The notes: generated from the sequence alone by a model not told the origin. Positions 20,918 to 30,016 are shown, counted from the stretch's first letter. The stretch: 64,000 nucleotides of DNA from an uncultured Pseudomonadota bacterium (GCA_902785275.1 CACZYB010000001.1:64001-128000), one strand, 5' to 3'. Made by a program: numbers and translations.

Positions 20918-22525
20918 TTATTTTTCACAATCAAAAATTACATCCAAATTTTGATTGTAAAGTTTTGTATCTGTTTTTGTAAGTCCCAACATTGTATGGA
21001 ACAAATTATCATGAGAAATATTTTTCCATACCTTATTTTTCAAACAATTTAAACTAACTCCTGTATTTTTCAACATACTATCAGAAAACCACATGATAAA
21101 CGGAACTGTTTTTTGCTCTTTCGGAGCAATTCTATAAGGCAAACCATGCAAATAAATTCCACCTTCACCCAAACTTTCACCATGATCAGAAACATACAAA
21201 AGACTTGTTTCATAATTTTTATATTGCTTCAATTTTTCAATTACTTTTGATACAAAATAATCTGTATACAAAATAGTATTATCGTAAGTATTTACCAATT
21301 CTTCCTCAGAACAATTTTGTATATTAATAGTATCACAAGCAGGTTTGAATTTTTCAAATTCCTTTGAATACCTTTTATAATACGATGGTCCGTGTGATCC
21401 CATAGTATGCAAAACAATCATTGTATTTTTATCTGCATTCTTAAGATTATTTTCCAAATAAGATATCAACGCATTATCACGACAAAAATCGCCAAAGCAA
21501 TCTTCGCTATTTCCTATGCTAACAATATTATAGCTTTCCACCCTATTACATACTTTTTTACAACCATCATCATTTTCATACCAAACAACATTCCATCCAG
21601 CCTTTTTCACTATATCCAAAAGATTTTCTTCATACCCAGAATAAGCTATATCAAAATCACTTCTTTTCTTTGCTGAAAACATACATGGCACAGACAAAGC
21701 TGTAGCCGTACCACATGATGTTACATCAGGAACCGCAACAATATTTGCTTCATTTTTCATCAATGGATTTGTTTCTTTTTTATATCCATATAATGAAAAG
21801 TTTTGAGCCCTTGCTGTCTCCCCAACAACCAAAACAACTATATGAACATTTTTATCTTTTATTTTAGATTTCACATTATCATCAAGTATAATAAACTTCT
21901 TTGGCGTCTTCAAAGATTTATTTATATATTTCAAAGTATTCACAACATAATTTAATGTATTATACTGGGCTTTTATTTCACTGTTATTTCTTCCAAATGG
22001 AACCAAAAATTTTCCAAACAAAAGTAAATAAATAATGATTAAAAATATCGATATTCCAGACATACACAATCTTTTTATTACCTCTTGCTTAAATGAATAA
22101 AAAGTTATTTTCAACTTAGCTACAAATATCGATGGAACTATACCAAAAATCATTACATTAATGATAAGAGGTAATGAAATCAAATCTAATGCCTCTCTCG
22201 TATTTGTCTCAAAAACATTTCTTATCATACTATAATCTATATAAACACCCATCTTAAGCATCATATAGTTAGTAGCACTTGATAAAATCAAAATAAAATA
22301 GCTAAGTGGTTTTATAACAGACTTCAGTAAAATTAAATTTAAAAAAAGATATATTGGCAAAGGTACTATAAATATTAAAAAAGCCACGCATAAAAATTGC
22401 ATTACTCCTGAAATTTGGAAATTCAAAAACAATGTTTTAAAAAAAGATATATTCAAAACAAAACTTAAATATAATGATAAAAAGAATATATATTTATTAC
22501 TTGAAATTTTTAAATTCTTAAACAT
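20918..22525 (-). CDS. eptA: lipid A phosphoethanolamine transferase (EptA/MCR family)
   Basis: Five N-terminal TM helices; VVGETARAQNF, SCGTATALSVPCMF (catalytic Thr), LHTMGSHGPSY and SDHGESLGE..YLHG all intact. Confidence 0.95.
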   Translation of the reverse strand: MFKNLKISSNKYIFFLSLYLSFVLNISFFKTLFLNFQISGVMQFLCVAFLIFIVPLPIYLFLNLILLKSVIKPLSYFILILSSATNYMMLKMGVYIDYSMIRNVFETNTREALDLISLPLIINVMIFGIVPSIFVAKLKITFYSFKQEVIKRLCMSGISIFLIIIYLLLFGKFLVPFGRNNSEIKAQYNTLNYVVNTLKYINKSLKTPKKFIILDDNVKSKIKDKNVHIVVLVVGETARAQNFSLYGYKKETNPLMKNEANIVAVPDVTSCGTATALSVPCMFSAKKRSDFDIAYSGYEENLLDIVKKAGWNVVWYENDDGCKKVCNRVESYNIVSIGNSEDCFGDFCRDNALISYLENNLKNADKNTMIVLHTMGSHGPSYYKRYSKEFEKFKPACDTINIQNCSEEELVNTYDNTILYTDYFVSKVIEKLKQYKNYETSLLYVSDHGESLGEGGIYLHGLPYRIAPKEQKTVPFIMWFSDSMLKNTGVSLNCLKNKVWKNISHDNLFHTMLGLTKTDTKLYNQNLDVIFDCEK

Positions 22526-22543
22526 TTTAACCTAATTTCACTG

Positions 22544-22569
22544 TATCAAAAACCAACGTCTATTTGATA
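22544..22569. repeat. left recombination site (IRL) of an invertible segment
   Basis: TATCAAAAACC-AA-CGTCTATTTGATA. The core ACCAACGTCTA (22552-22562) is the exact reverse complement of 22660-22670. Confidence 0.8.
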
Positions 22570-22614
22570 GGGTTTTATGTAGATATTGAATATGCTTAAT
22601 TTTCTAAATTTTGA

Positions 22615-22643
22615 TTGACTTTGAGAGTAAATTTTCCTAAGAT
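22615..22643 (+). promoter_or_regulatory. sigma70 promoter inside the invertible segment
   Basis: TTGACT(22615-20)-17 nt-TAAGAT(22638-43); currently points at the invertase and away from eptA. Confidence 0.75.
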
Positions 22644-22650
22644 TAAGAAG

Positions 22651-22680
22651 TATTAAATCTAGACGTTGGTCTATTTGATA
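22651..22680. repeat. right recombination site (IRR) of an invertible segment
   Basis: TATTAAATCTAGACG-TT-GGTCTATTTGATA; contains AGACGTTGGT, one mismatch from the Mpi core ARACGTWCGT. Confidence 0.8.
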
Positions 22681-22761
22681 TATCTAATTTTAATAGCAAA
22701 CATTAGGTAAAATCTGATAGTTCTTATGATTGTAAAAACAACAAATTATAGGAGCTAAAAA

Positions 22762-23361
22762 ATGATTTATGGATATACCAGAGTTTCAACAGAATTACAA
22801 AACACAGAAAACCAAAAACACGAAATTCAAACCTTCGCCAAAGCTCAAAAAATCAGTATTGACCGATGGGTGGATGAGGTAATTTCTTCACGAAAATCAT
22901 TAAAAGAAAGACGTCTTGGAAAACTTTTAAAACACCTTAAAAAAGGAGACATTTTAATTGCATCAGAATTATCAAGATTAGGAAGAAATTTGCTTGAAGT
23001 TATGGGGATTTTGCAAAGTTGCCTTGAGAAAGACTGTCAGATTTGGACATTAAAAGAAAACTATAAACTTGGAGCAGATATTCAATCAAAAGTTCTAGCT
23101 TTTGCCTTTTCCTTAGCAGCAGAAATTGAGAGACAGCTTATCTCACAACGTACAAAAGAGTCATTAAAACGACTTAAAGATGAAGGTAAACACCTTGGCC
23201 GACCACACGGATTTAACTACAATAAACTTGATGCAAAGAAAGAAAAAATCAAAGAACTTCTTAATAAACAAGTTTCCAAAGCCGAAATCGCCCGTCTTAT
23301 CGGCTGTTCCTGGCTTACCCTACACAGATACGTAAAGGAAAAAATACTCCCTACAAAATAG
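22762..23361 (+). CDS. Mpi-family serine DNA invertase
   Basis: MIYGYTRVST (catalytic Ser), SELSRLGRNL, the Mpi-typical DIQSKVLAFAFSLAAEIERQLISQRTKE, LGRP and a C-terminal HTH; AGGAG RBS. Confidence 0.93.
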   Translation: MIYGYTRVSTELQNTENQKHEIQTFAKAQKISIDRWVDEVISSRKSLKERRLGKLLKHLKKGDILIASELSRLGRNLLEVMGILQSCLEKDCQIWTLKENYKLGADIQSKVLAFAFSLAAEIERQLISQRTKESLKRLKDEGKHLGRPHGFNYNKLDAKKEKIKELLNKQVSKAEIARLIGCSWLTLHRYVKEKILPTK

Positions 23362-23374
23362 TAAGGAGTTTTTT
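23346..23374. terminator. bidirectional terminator overlapping the invertase stop, shared with tolB
   Basis: ACTCCCTAC-AAAATA-GTAAGGAGT hairpin followed by TTTTT, with an A-run upstream. Confidence 0.6.
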
Positions 23375-23389
23375 AAATTAAAATGATTT

Positions 23390-24709
23390 CTATGGTAATA
23401 ATGGAGACCAAGCAGGATCCGAAGCATCAGTCGGAAGCTTCATTGTACTGTGGTTATATCCAGTAATATCCACGCTTTGTATAGTCAACCTATCCTGTCC
23501 ATCCTTTGTTGGCTTTTGTTCATAAAAAATAATTCTTCGACCATTTGGTGACCAAGTAGGAGATTCCACCATATATCCATCAGCGATATTTCTTTCTCCT
23601 GTACCATCTTCGAACATCAAACCAATATAGAATTTGTTATTTTTAATTTTAACAAAGGCAAGGTAATCCCCCCTTGGCGACCAATTAACATCACCATATT
23701 GGCCTTCACCAAAAGAGATACGTTCAACATTGCTTCCATCACGATCCATTGTATAAATCTGTGGCTTACCACTTCTGTCTGACACAAATGCAATACGTTT
23801 ACCATCAGGTGAATAAGTAGGAGCAGTCTCAATAGCAGGATGAGAAGTCAATCTTTTAAGCTTCTTATTCTTCAAATTCATCTCATAAATATCAGAATTT
23901 CCATCCTCTGCAATACTCATCAAAACATACTTATCATCTGGAGAAAACCTTGGAGCAAAAGACATTCCCGGAAAATTTCCAAGCAACTCTTGCTCGCCTG
24001 TTTCTATATCAAAAATATAAACCCTTGGAATTTGCTTAAAATAAGTAACATAGGCAATTTTTTGAGAGTTATTGGAAAATACAGGTGTTGTAACAGGAAT
24101 TTTACCATCTGTTAAATATTTAAGATTCGCACCATCCTGGTCAACAACAGTCAATCTTTTAACTCTATCAAGCTTTGATCCTGTTTCTGACACATAAACA
24201 ATTCTTGTATCAAAATAACCTTTATCCCCTGTCATTCTTTTATATACATAATCAGCAATTATATGAGAAATTCTGCGCCAATTAGTTGGTTCAGTAATAA
24301 GTGCTTGACCTTCAATTCTTTGTTGTGCAGGAACATCCCAAAGATGGAATTCAACCCTAAGTTTACCATCATCTTTCTTTGTAATCTTACCATAAAGAAG
24401 AGCCTGAACATTAATAACAGACCAGTTTTCAAACTTTGGTAAATCCTTAACATTCTGCTTTTTATCTATAAAAGCCTTATGATCAATAGGTCTGAAAAGT
24501 CCAGAACTTTTCAAATCACGTGTAACAACATCGGAAATTTTCTTTCCCAAATTCTTATTATCCTTACTATCCCCATCAAAATCCATAATAGCAATAGAAA
24601 CAGGTTCAATATTACCACTATCAATATCGACATAAATCTCAGCCAAAGCCGAAATTGTTCCTAGTAATATAAAAGCAAGCAAAAACAATATCTTTTTAAA
24701 ATTTTTCAT
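23390..24709 (-). CDS. tolB: Tol-Pal system beta-propeller protein TolB
   Basis: Signal peptide, TolB N-domain, PD40 repeats (APRFSPD, PTYSPDG, PTWSPNG), C-terminal ASDPAWSPLLP. Confidence 0.97.
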   Translation of the reverse strand: MKNFKKILFLLAFILLGTISALAEIYVDIDSGNIEPVSIAIMDFDGDSKDNKNLGKKISDVVTRDLKSSGLFRPIDHKAFIDKKQNVKDLPKFENWSVINVQALLYGKITKKDDGKLRVEFHLWDVPAQQRIEGQALITEPTNWRRISHIIADYVYKRMTGDKGYFDTRIVYVSETGSKLDRVKRLTVVDQDGANLKYLTDGKIPVTTPVFSNNSQKIAYVTYFKQIPRVYIFDIETGEQELLGNFPGMSFAPRFSPDDKYVLMSIAEDGNSDIYEMNLKNKKLKRLTSHPAIETAPTYSPDGKRIAFVSDRSGKPQIYTMDRDGSNVERISFGEGQYGDVNWSPRGDYLAFVKIKNNKFYIGLMFEDGTGERNIADGYMVESPTWSPNGRRIIFYEQKPTKDGQDRLTIQSVDITGYNHSTMKLPTDASDPAWSPLLP

Positions 24710-24841
24710 ATCAAAATCTCCTTACCAATATAATTTACTTGAAAATTTTTCTTTTGCAATAGATACTTTTAAACGAGAGGAGAAAAATTAGTATAATAAT
24801 TATTGACAAATTTATACTTTATTGTCTATAATATAATTATT

Positions 24842-25141
24842 ATGACTAATAGAACAAATAAAATGTATAATAAAAGAAAGCTCTTCAGTCAAGAGATTCA
24901 AAGGGTTTTATCACAAAATACCCCAGGTATTTCTGTTGAAGATTTCGATTCTGTAAAAAAGAAAAACTACTCGAATCTTGGTATGGATTACTGGGAATGG
25001 GTTGATTTTCTTGCAAATTTAGAAACAACTTTCTCAAAAGATATAACGGAAACATCCGAAAAATTTAAAATTGAAACCATTGATGATGTAATCGAAGCCC
25101 TTTACTTTGCACCAGATATCAAGAACTTATACAATAACTAA
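24842..25141 (+). CDS. acyl carrier protein-like protein lacking the phosphopantetheine serine (start 24842 or 24863)
   Basis: LGMDYWEWVDFLANLETTF...ETIDDVIEAL aligns with Acp[20 protein letters not shown]...[10 protein letters not shown]. Confidence 0.6.
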   Translation: MTNRTNKMYNKRKLFSQEIQRVLSQNTPGISVEDFDSVKKKNYSNLGMDYWEWVDFLANLETTFSKDITETSEKFKIETIDDVIEALYFAPDIKNLYNN

Positions 25142-25256
25142 ACATTATAAAACAGGCTATCTTGCATTAGGACTTGACATTTCATAGTAAAAATAGTAAA
25201 TTACTTTCATTCGGTTTAAAACTGAAAATAAGTTTAACAAACAAAAAGGTGAAAAA

Positions 25257-25496
25257 ATGGCTGAACAAAATGTTCTTGAAAAAGTAAAAAAAATCGTTGT
25301 TGAAAATCTTGGTGTAGAAGCAGACAAGGTTACTGAAAAATCAAGTTTTATTGATGATCTCGGTGCTGATTCTCTTGATACAGTTGAATTAGTTATGGCT
25401 TTTGAAGAAGAATTCGGTTGCGAAATTCCTGATGAAGAAGCTGAAAAAATCTTGACTGTAGAAGATGCTGTAAAATACATCGAAGCACACATCTAA
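25257..25496 (+). CDS. acpP: acyl carrier protein
   Basis: [20 protein letters not shown]. Confidence 0.99.
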   Translation: MAEQNVLEKVKKIVVENLGVEADKVTEKSSFIDDLGADSLDTVELVMAFEEEFGCEIPDEEAEKILTVEDAVKYIEAHI

Positions 25497-25517
25497 TACA
25501 TGTTTCAGTTTTAAAAG

Positions 25518-25543
25518 AACCTCCCAAACGGGAGGTTTTTTTT
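25518..25543 (+). terminator. terminator of acpP
   Basis: AACCTCCC-AAAC-GGGAGGTT followed by a T-run. Confidence 0.8.
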
Positions 25544-25590
25544 ATTTCCATCGAAATTTCTATTAAAAACTCTAACTTCTCAAATAAATA

Positions 25591-26055
25591 TTAAATTGCA
25601 TCAAGAACACGTTGCAAAATTTCAGCTGCAGCAACCTTATCCAAAATAGCCTTACGTTTTTTTCTACTTAAATCAAAATCACGGATAAGCATTTTTTCAG
25701 CCATAACCGAAGTCATACGTTCATCAACAAAGGTAATCTCCACCTCTGGAATAAACTCTGAAAGTTTTTCCGCAAACATCCTAACCTTACTGGCAGTTTC
25801 ACCTTCCTCCCCATTCATTTGAAGAGGCAACCCCAAAACAATAACCGCCACATCCATCTCATCAACAATTTTCTTTATTTCAGGGAATAAATCTTTATAA
25901 CTTTTATTTTTAAGCATAGCATAAGGCGACGCAATCTGACGCCCCACATCAGAAACGGCCACACCTATATTTACCTCGCCATAATCTATTCCCAAAAAAC
26001 GTTTATCTGTTGAAAAATATTTTTGCTTAAGGGTATTGAAAATATTATTTTGCAA
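25591..26055 (-). CDS. ruvX: YqgF/RuvX family RNase H-like nuclease
   Basis: LGIDYG..IGVAVSD, GLPLQMNG, DERMTS, DKVAAAEILQ. Confidence 0.95.
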   Translation of the reverse strand: MQNNIFNTLKQKYFSTDKRFLGIDYGEVNIGVAVSDVGRQIASPYAMLKNKSYKDLFPEIKKIVDEMDVAVIVLGLPLQMNGEEGETASKVRMFAEKLSEFIPEVEITFVDERMTSVMAEKMLIRDFDLSRKKRKAILDKVAAAEILQRVLDAI

Positions 26056-26134
26056 TGTTATACTCCATATTATGAATTATCTAAAAATATAGTTCAGAAA
26101 ATAAGGAAAGTCAATTAACAAAAGGAGTGTTAAA

Positions 26135-26443
26135 ATGGTTGCAAAAAAAACATCTAAAAAAACAACTGTTAAAGCAACAACAAAAGCTGTAAAAGCTACT
26201 GCAAAAGCAACAAAAGTTACAAAACCTGCTAAAAAAGTAGAAGCTGTAAAAGCTGTTAAAGTTGAAAACACATGTGCATGTGGTGCAGAATGCAAATGCG
26301 GTTGCCAAAAACATTGTGCTGTAAAACAAGTTATAGTTTTGGCTATGATTGTTGCAGCAACAGTTATCGCAACACTTGTTGTAACTTGCCCAAAAGCAAG
26401 AATGCATAAACATTGCCCATGCATGCAACAAATGGCAAAATAA
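26135..26443 (+). CDS. small basic protein with K/A/T-rich N-terminus, Cys cluster and one TM helix
   Basis: AAGGAG RBS, downstream terminator, host-like codon usage; CACGAECKCGCQKHC motif. Confidence 0.7.
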   Translation: MVAKKTSKKTTVKATTKAVKATAKATKVTKPAKKVEAVKAVKVENTCACGAECKCGCQKHCAVKQVIVLAMIVAATVIATLVVTCPKARMHKHCPCMQQMAK

Positions 26444-26563
26444 TTAACAAAAAAGATTTAAAAAAAAGGGCATTGAAAAATGTCCTTTTTTATTTTAATC
26501 AATACTTGACTATATCAATAAAATAATGCTAATATCTACCTATATAAAAAAAGAGGATTTATT

Positions 26564-26857
26564 ATGTATTTTACAAAAGAAAAAATTAAAAAAAATGCAA
26601 AACTTGTTCGTATTGGTATGCCTGACGAACTTGCAGAAAAAATGATACCTGAACTTGAAAATGTAATCGAATGGATTGAAGGTCTTGATGATGTAAACGT
26701 TGATGGTGTTGAACCACTTATTTCCGTAAACGAACATTCTCTTCCAAAACGTACTGATACAATAAAAATGGAAAATACACGTGACGAAGTATTAACAAAT
26801 GCACCATCCCCTGATGAAGATGGCGAATTTTTCACTGTTCCAAAAATCATAGAGTAA
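26564..26857 (+). CDS. gatC: Asp/Glu-tRNA amidotransferase subunit C
   Basis: AKLVRI, VNVDGVEPL, VLTNAP...FFTVPKIIE. Confidence 0.92.
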   Translation: MYFTKEKIKKNAKLVRIGMPDELAEKMIPELENVIEWIEGLDDVNVDGVEPLISVNEHSLPKRTDTIKMENTRDEVLTNAPSPDEDGEFFTVPKIIE

Positions 26858-26867
26858 AGGATTTAAA

Positions 26868-27761
26868 ATGTTTAAATTAATAAAATTATTTCCATCTGAA
26901 ATTCATTTCAATGCAATGAAATATTCAAAGCTATTCATCTCCATCGCTGGTGTATTTTTAACACTTTCAATATTTACTTTGGCAACAAAACCGCTTAACT
27001 ATGGTATTGATTTCTCCGGTGGTGTTTTGATGGAAATAAAAACTCCAACTACTGCAAATATTGAACAGATTCGTAAGGATTTAAAGGTATTTTCTCCTGA
27101 AATCCAATCCCAAGGTGATACCGGCGATATAGTTTCGATTCGTTTACCACAAGGAAACAAAAACGAAAATGAAATCTCTACTATGTTAAACAAGGTAAAA
27201 TCAATCCTTGGAGATAAAGTTGAATATAGAAATACCCAAATTGTTGGACCAAAGGTTGGTGCTGATTTGATAAGAAGTGGTACTTTAGCTGTTATTTTAT
27301 CACTTATCATCATTTCCATTTACATTTGGGCACGATTCGAACTTCCATTCGCAATTGGTGCTGGATTATCTCTTATCCACGATATCATTTTGGCGATGGG
27401 TATGCTTGCATTAACAGGAATTGAATTTAACTTAACAACTCTTGCATCACTTTTAACATTGGCTGGATACTCAATAAACGATACCGTTGTTATTTACGAC
27501 CACGTAAGAACAAATCTTAAGGCCTATAAAAACAAATCATTAAAAGAAGTAATCAATATTTCCATTGATACAACATTTTCAAGAACAGTTCTTACAAGTA
27601 TAACTACTGCATTTGCTGTACTTGCAATATTCATCTTTGGTGGTGAAGTTTTACATGGTTTTTCTGCGGTTATGTTGTTTGGTATTTTTGTTGGAACTTA
27701 CTCCTCAATGTTACTTTCAACATCAACACTTTTACTTTTTGAAAAAAAATTTAAAAGATAA
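26868..27761 (+). CDS. secF: protein translocase subunit SecF
   Basis: GIDFSGG, VGPKVGADL, HDI, GYSINDTVVIYD, GTYSS. Confidence 0.96.
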   Translation: MFKLIKLFPSEIHFNAMKYSKLFISIAGVFLTLSIFTLATKPLNYGIDFSGGVLMEIKTPTTANIEQIRKDLKVFSPEIQSQGDTGDIVSIRLPQGNKNENEISTMLNKVKSILGDKVEYRNTQIVGPKVGADLIRSGTLAVILSLIIISIYIWARFELPFAIGAGLSLIHDIILAMGMLALTGIEFNLTTLASLLTLAGYSINDTVVIYDHVRTNLKAYKNKSLKEVINISIDTTFSRTVLTSITTAFAVLAIFIFGGEVLHGFSAVMLFGIFVGTYSSMLLSTSTLLLFEKKFKR

Positions 27762-27782
27762 ATTAAGCTAAGGGAGGGAAAG

Positions 27783-29381
27783 GTGAAATATAATAAATTA
27801 CTATTGGGACTATCAATGCTTTTCCCATTTGGCGTTTTAGCTAACGCCACTCCATCAACTCTTTCAAAAGTTGAATATTCTCCTCTTTCCCAAGAAGAAC
27901 TTAAAAAATACGAATACAAACCAACCGAATACTGGACAAAGGGTACCGATGTTGTTGATAACTTTTCAATATCCGACGCACAAAAGTTTTATAACACCCT
28001 TTATGATACAGTAACAGAAAACTTTGTAAAACCAATCAATCATCAAAAAATTACAAATATTATTTTAGATGGTCTTTCCGGATTCGTTGAAAAGTTAAGT
28101 ATTGAAACAACCGGAACACGAATTCTCATCTATGATAAAAATCTAAAGCTTATGGGAAATTTCACAAAGGTTTCCGATACAGATACAGAAAGTTGGGTTA
28201 ACATTCTTATAAAAACTATTCTTACCCTCCGTAAAAATAGTGAAACAATGGCAAAGGCTCATCAGGAACAAATTTTCTATGTTACTGCACTTTACCTTCT
28301 TAAAAGCTTGGATGAAAATGCAACATATATTGACCCTGTATCAAAAACATCGGAAATATACAATAATAATTCCACAACCCTTGGCTTTACATACAGACGA
28401 ACAACTTTCGGTATCCAAGTTTTAAGTATCTTTAAAGATTCGCCAGTATATTTTTCTGATATAAAGACAGGTGACATTATTACAACAATAAACAAAATGC
28501 CAACCCGAAGCCTTACTGACGAACAAATTGAATATATACTAACAAATACAGATACTGATATTTTAAACATTGATTATATTTCATATATTGCAAACAAACC
28601 ATACAATATATTTCTAAGGAAAAATCAGTTAATAATTCCATCTATCACTGCAAAGAAAGCAGATAACACTCCATTAATTGAAATACAAAATTTCAAATCT
28701 GGTTCGGCAAAGGAACTAAAAAATACTCTTGATAAGGTAAAGGATGAATCATCAATAATCTTAGATTTGCGTGGAAACATCAACGGCCTTTCAACCGAAG
28801 CAATCGAAGCAGCAAATCTTTTCATTTCTGGTGGAGATATCCTTAAAACAACCGGAAACAATGAAAAATATAATCAAACATATACTGCAAAAAATGGTGA
28901 TATATTCAAATCAAAACCTATTATAATAATTGTTGATAATACAACAAAGGGACCTGCAGAAATTTTTGCTTCAATTATGGATGGTTCAAAACGTGCCGTT
29001 GTAATCGGCTCCCCAACATTTGGTAACGGAAATATTCAAAATAAATTTACACTACCAAATAATTCCGATATAAAATTCGCAACATCAATCGCATTAAATT
29101 CAAAGGAAATTTCTGTTGATAAAACCGGTGTAATCCCTGTTATCTGTACATCATCAATAATTGATAAAAAAGATATCGACACATTGATTGATAATATAAA
29201 AACAGGAAAATTTGTTGATAACAGACCTCAAAATAACAATAAAACCACTGAATCAGTAAAGAATATAAGGAACAGTTGTAAAGCCTTATTCCCAAGCAAA
29301 GAAACAAACAATCTTATACTCAAAACAGCAATAAATATCTTAAAAGATTCCTCTGTTTATGAAAAATTGTTGAATAAATAG
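27783..29381 (+). CDS. S41/CtpA-like periplasmic protein with PDZ domain; catalytic residues substituted
   Basis: PDZ (SPVYFSDIKTGDII), ILDLRGN, TKGPAEIF (cf. SASASEI), TFGNG (cf. TFGKG), GVIP. Confidence 0.8.
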   Translation: MKYNKLLLGLSMLFPFGVLANATPSTLSKVEYSPLSQEELKKYEYKPTEYWTKGTDVVDNFSISDAQKFYNTLYDTVTENFVKPINHQKITNIILDGLSGFVEKLSIETTGTRILIYDKNLKLMGNFTKVSDTDTESWVNILIKTILTLRKNSETMAKAHQEQIFYVTALYLLKSLDENATYIDPVSKTSEIYNNNSTTLGFTYRRTTFGIQVLSIFKDSPVYFSDIKTGDIITTINKMPTRSLTDEQIEYILTNTDTDILNIDYISYIANKPYNIFLRKNQLIIPSITAKKADNTPLIEIQNFKSGSAKELKNTLDKVKDESSIILDLRGNINGLSTEAIEAANLFISGGDILKTTGNNEKYNQTYTAKNGDIFKSKPIIIIVDNTTKGPAEIFASIMDGSKRAVVIGSPTFGNGNIQNKFTLPNNSDIKFATSIALNSKEISVDKTGVIPVICTSSIIDKKDIDTLIDNIKTGKFVDNRPQNNNKTTESVKNIRNSCKALFPSKETNNLILKTAINILKDSSVYEKLLNK

Positions 29382-29482
29382 ATTTATTTAATCTTATCAA
29401 ACAACAAAATCAATTGAAAATCACACTATTTTCAATAGCTAAACCATTTGATTTTTTATTAAATAACGATGATTGTGAAGAA

Positions 29483-29559
29483 TGGTGGGTGACTAGGGAC
29501 TCGAACCCCAGACCTCCTCGGTGTAAACGAGATGCTCTAGCCAACTGAGCTAGTCACCC
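29483..29559 (-). tRNA. tRNA-Val(TAC)
   Basis: GGGTGACTAGCTCAGTTGGCTAGAGCATCTCGTT-TAC-ACCGAGGAGGTCTGGGGTTCGAGTCCCTAGTCACCCACCA; full cloverleaf with encoded CCA. Confidence 0.97.
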
Positions 29560-29665
29560 AAAAGATAGAACCATTATATACTATATTTTTTAAATTGCAA
29601 GAACTTTTTTCTTATTGATTTATATTTTATTTCATATAATATATTCCTCAAAGAAAGGTATTAAA

Positions 29666-30013
29666 ATGACAACAGAAGAAATTATCAAAAAAGCAAAAGA
29701 ACTTGGGCTTTCCGAGGAGGAAATTTCAAAATTTATTGAAAATGAAGCCGTTGCAAAAAAGTATGGTTTTGAAGATGAATTTTCATCTATTAATGTAAAA
29801 ATAGATAAGAAAAAACAAAAAATGATAGAATCCGGTGCATCCGAAGAAGAAGTTTTCTCAGATGAAGATGATAACTGTTGTGATTGTTGCAATTACGAAG
29901 GAAACAATGAAGAAGAATTCGATGATTACGAAGAATGTCACTGCCACGAATGCGAAAACGAATATAATTGCAATTGCGATGATGATGACCGTTGCGATCA
30001 CCACCACCACTAA
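29666..30013 (+). CDS. acidic Cys/His-rich small protein, putative metal binder
   Basis: AAGG RBS before ATG 29666; C-terminus CCDCC...CHCHEC...CNC...CDHHHH. Confidence 0.65.
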   Translation: MTTEEIIKKAKELGLSEEEISKFIENEAVAKKYGFEDEFSSINVKIDKKKQKMIESGASEEEVFSDEDDNCCDCCNYEGNNEEEFDDYEECHCHECENEYNCNCDDDDRCDHHHH

Positions 30014-30016
30014 TTT

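Noticed and set aside
20918-22525. Calling the gene a mobile mcr allele
   Set aside because: The motifs are shared by all EptA/MCR-family enzymes, there is no IS or plasmid context, and allele assignment needs a database comparison.
22762-23361. Tn3-family transposon resolvase with a res site
   Set aside because: No transposase or terminal repeats are present; the sequence is Mpi-like and the two sites have opposite central dinucleotides, which fits inversion.
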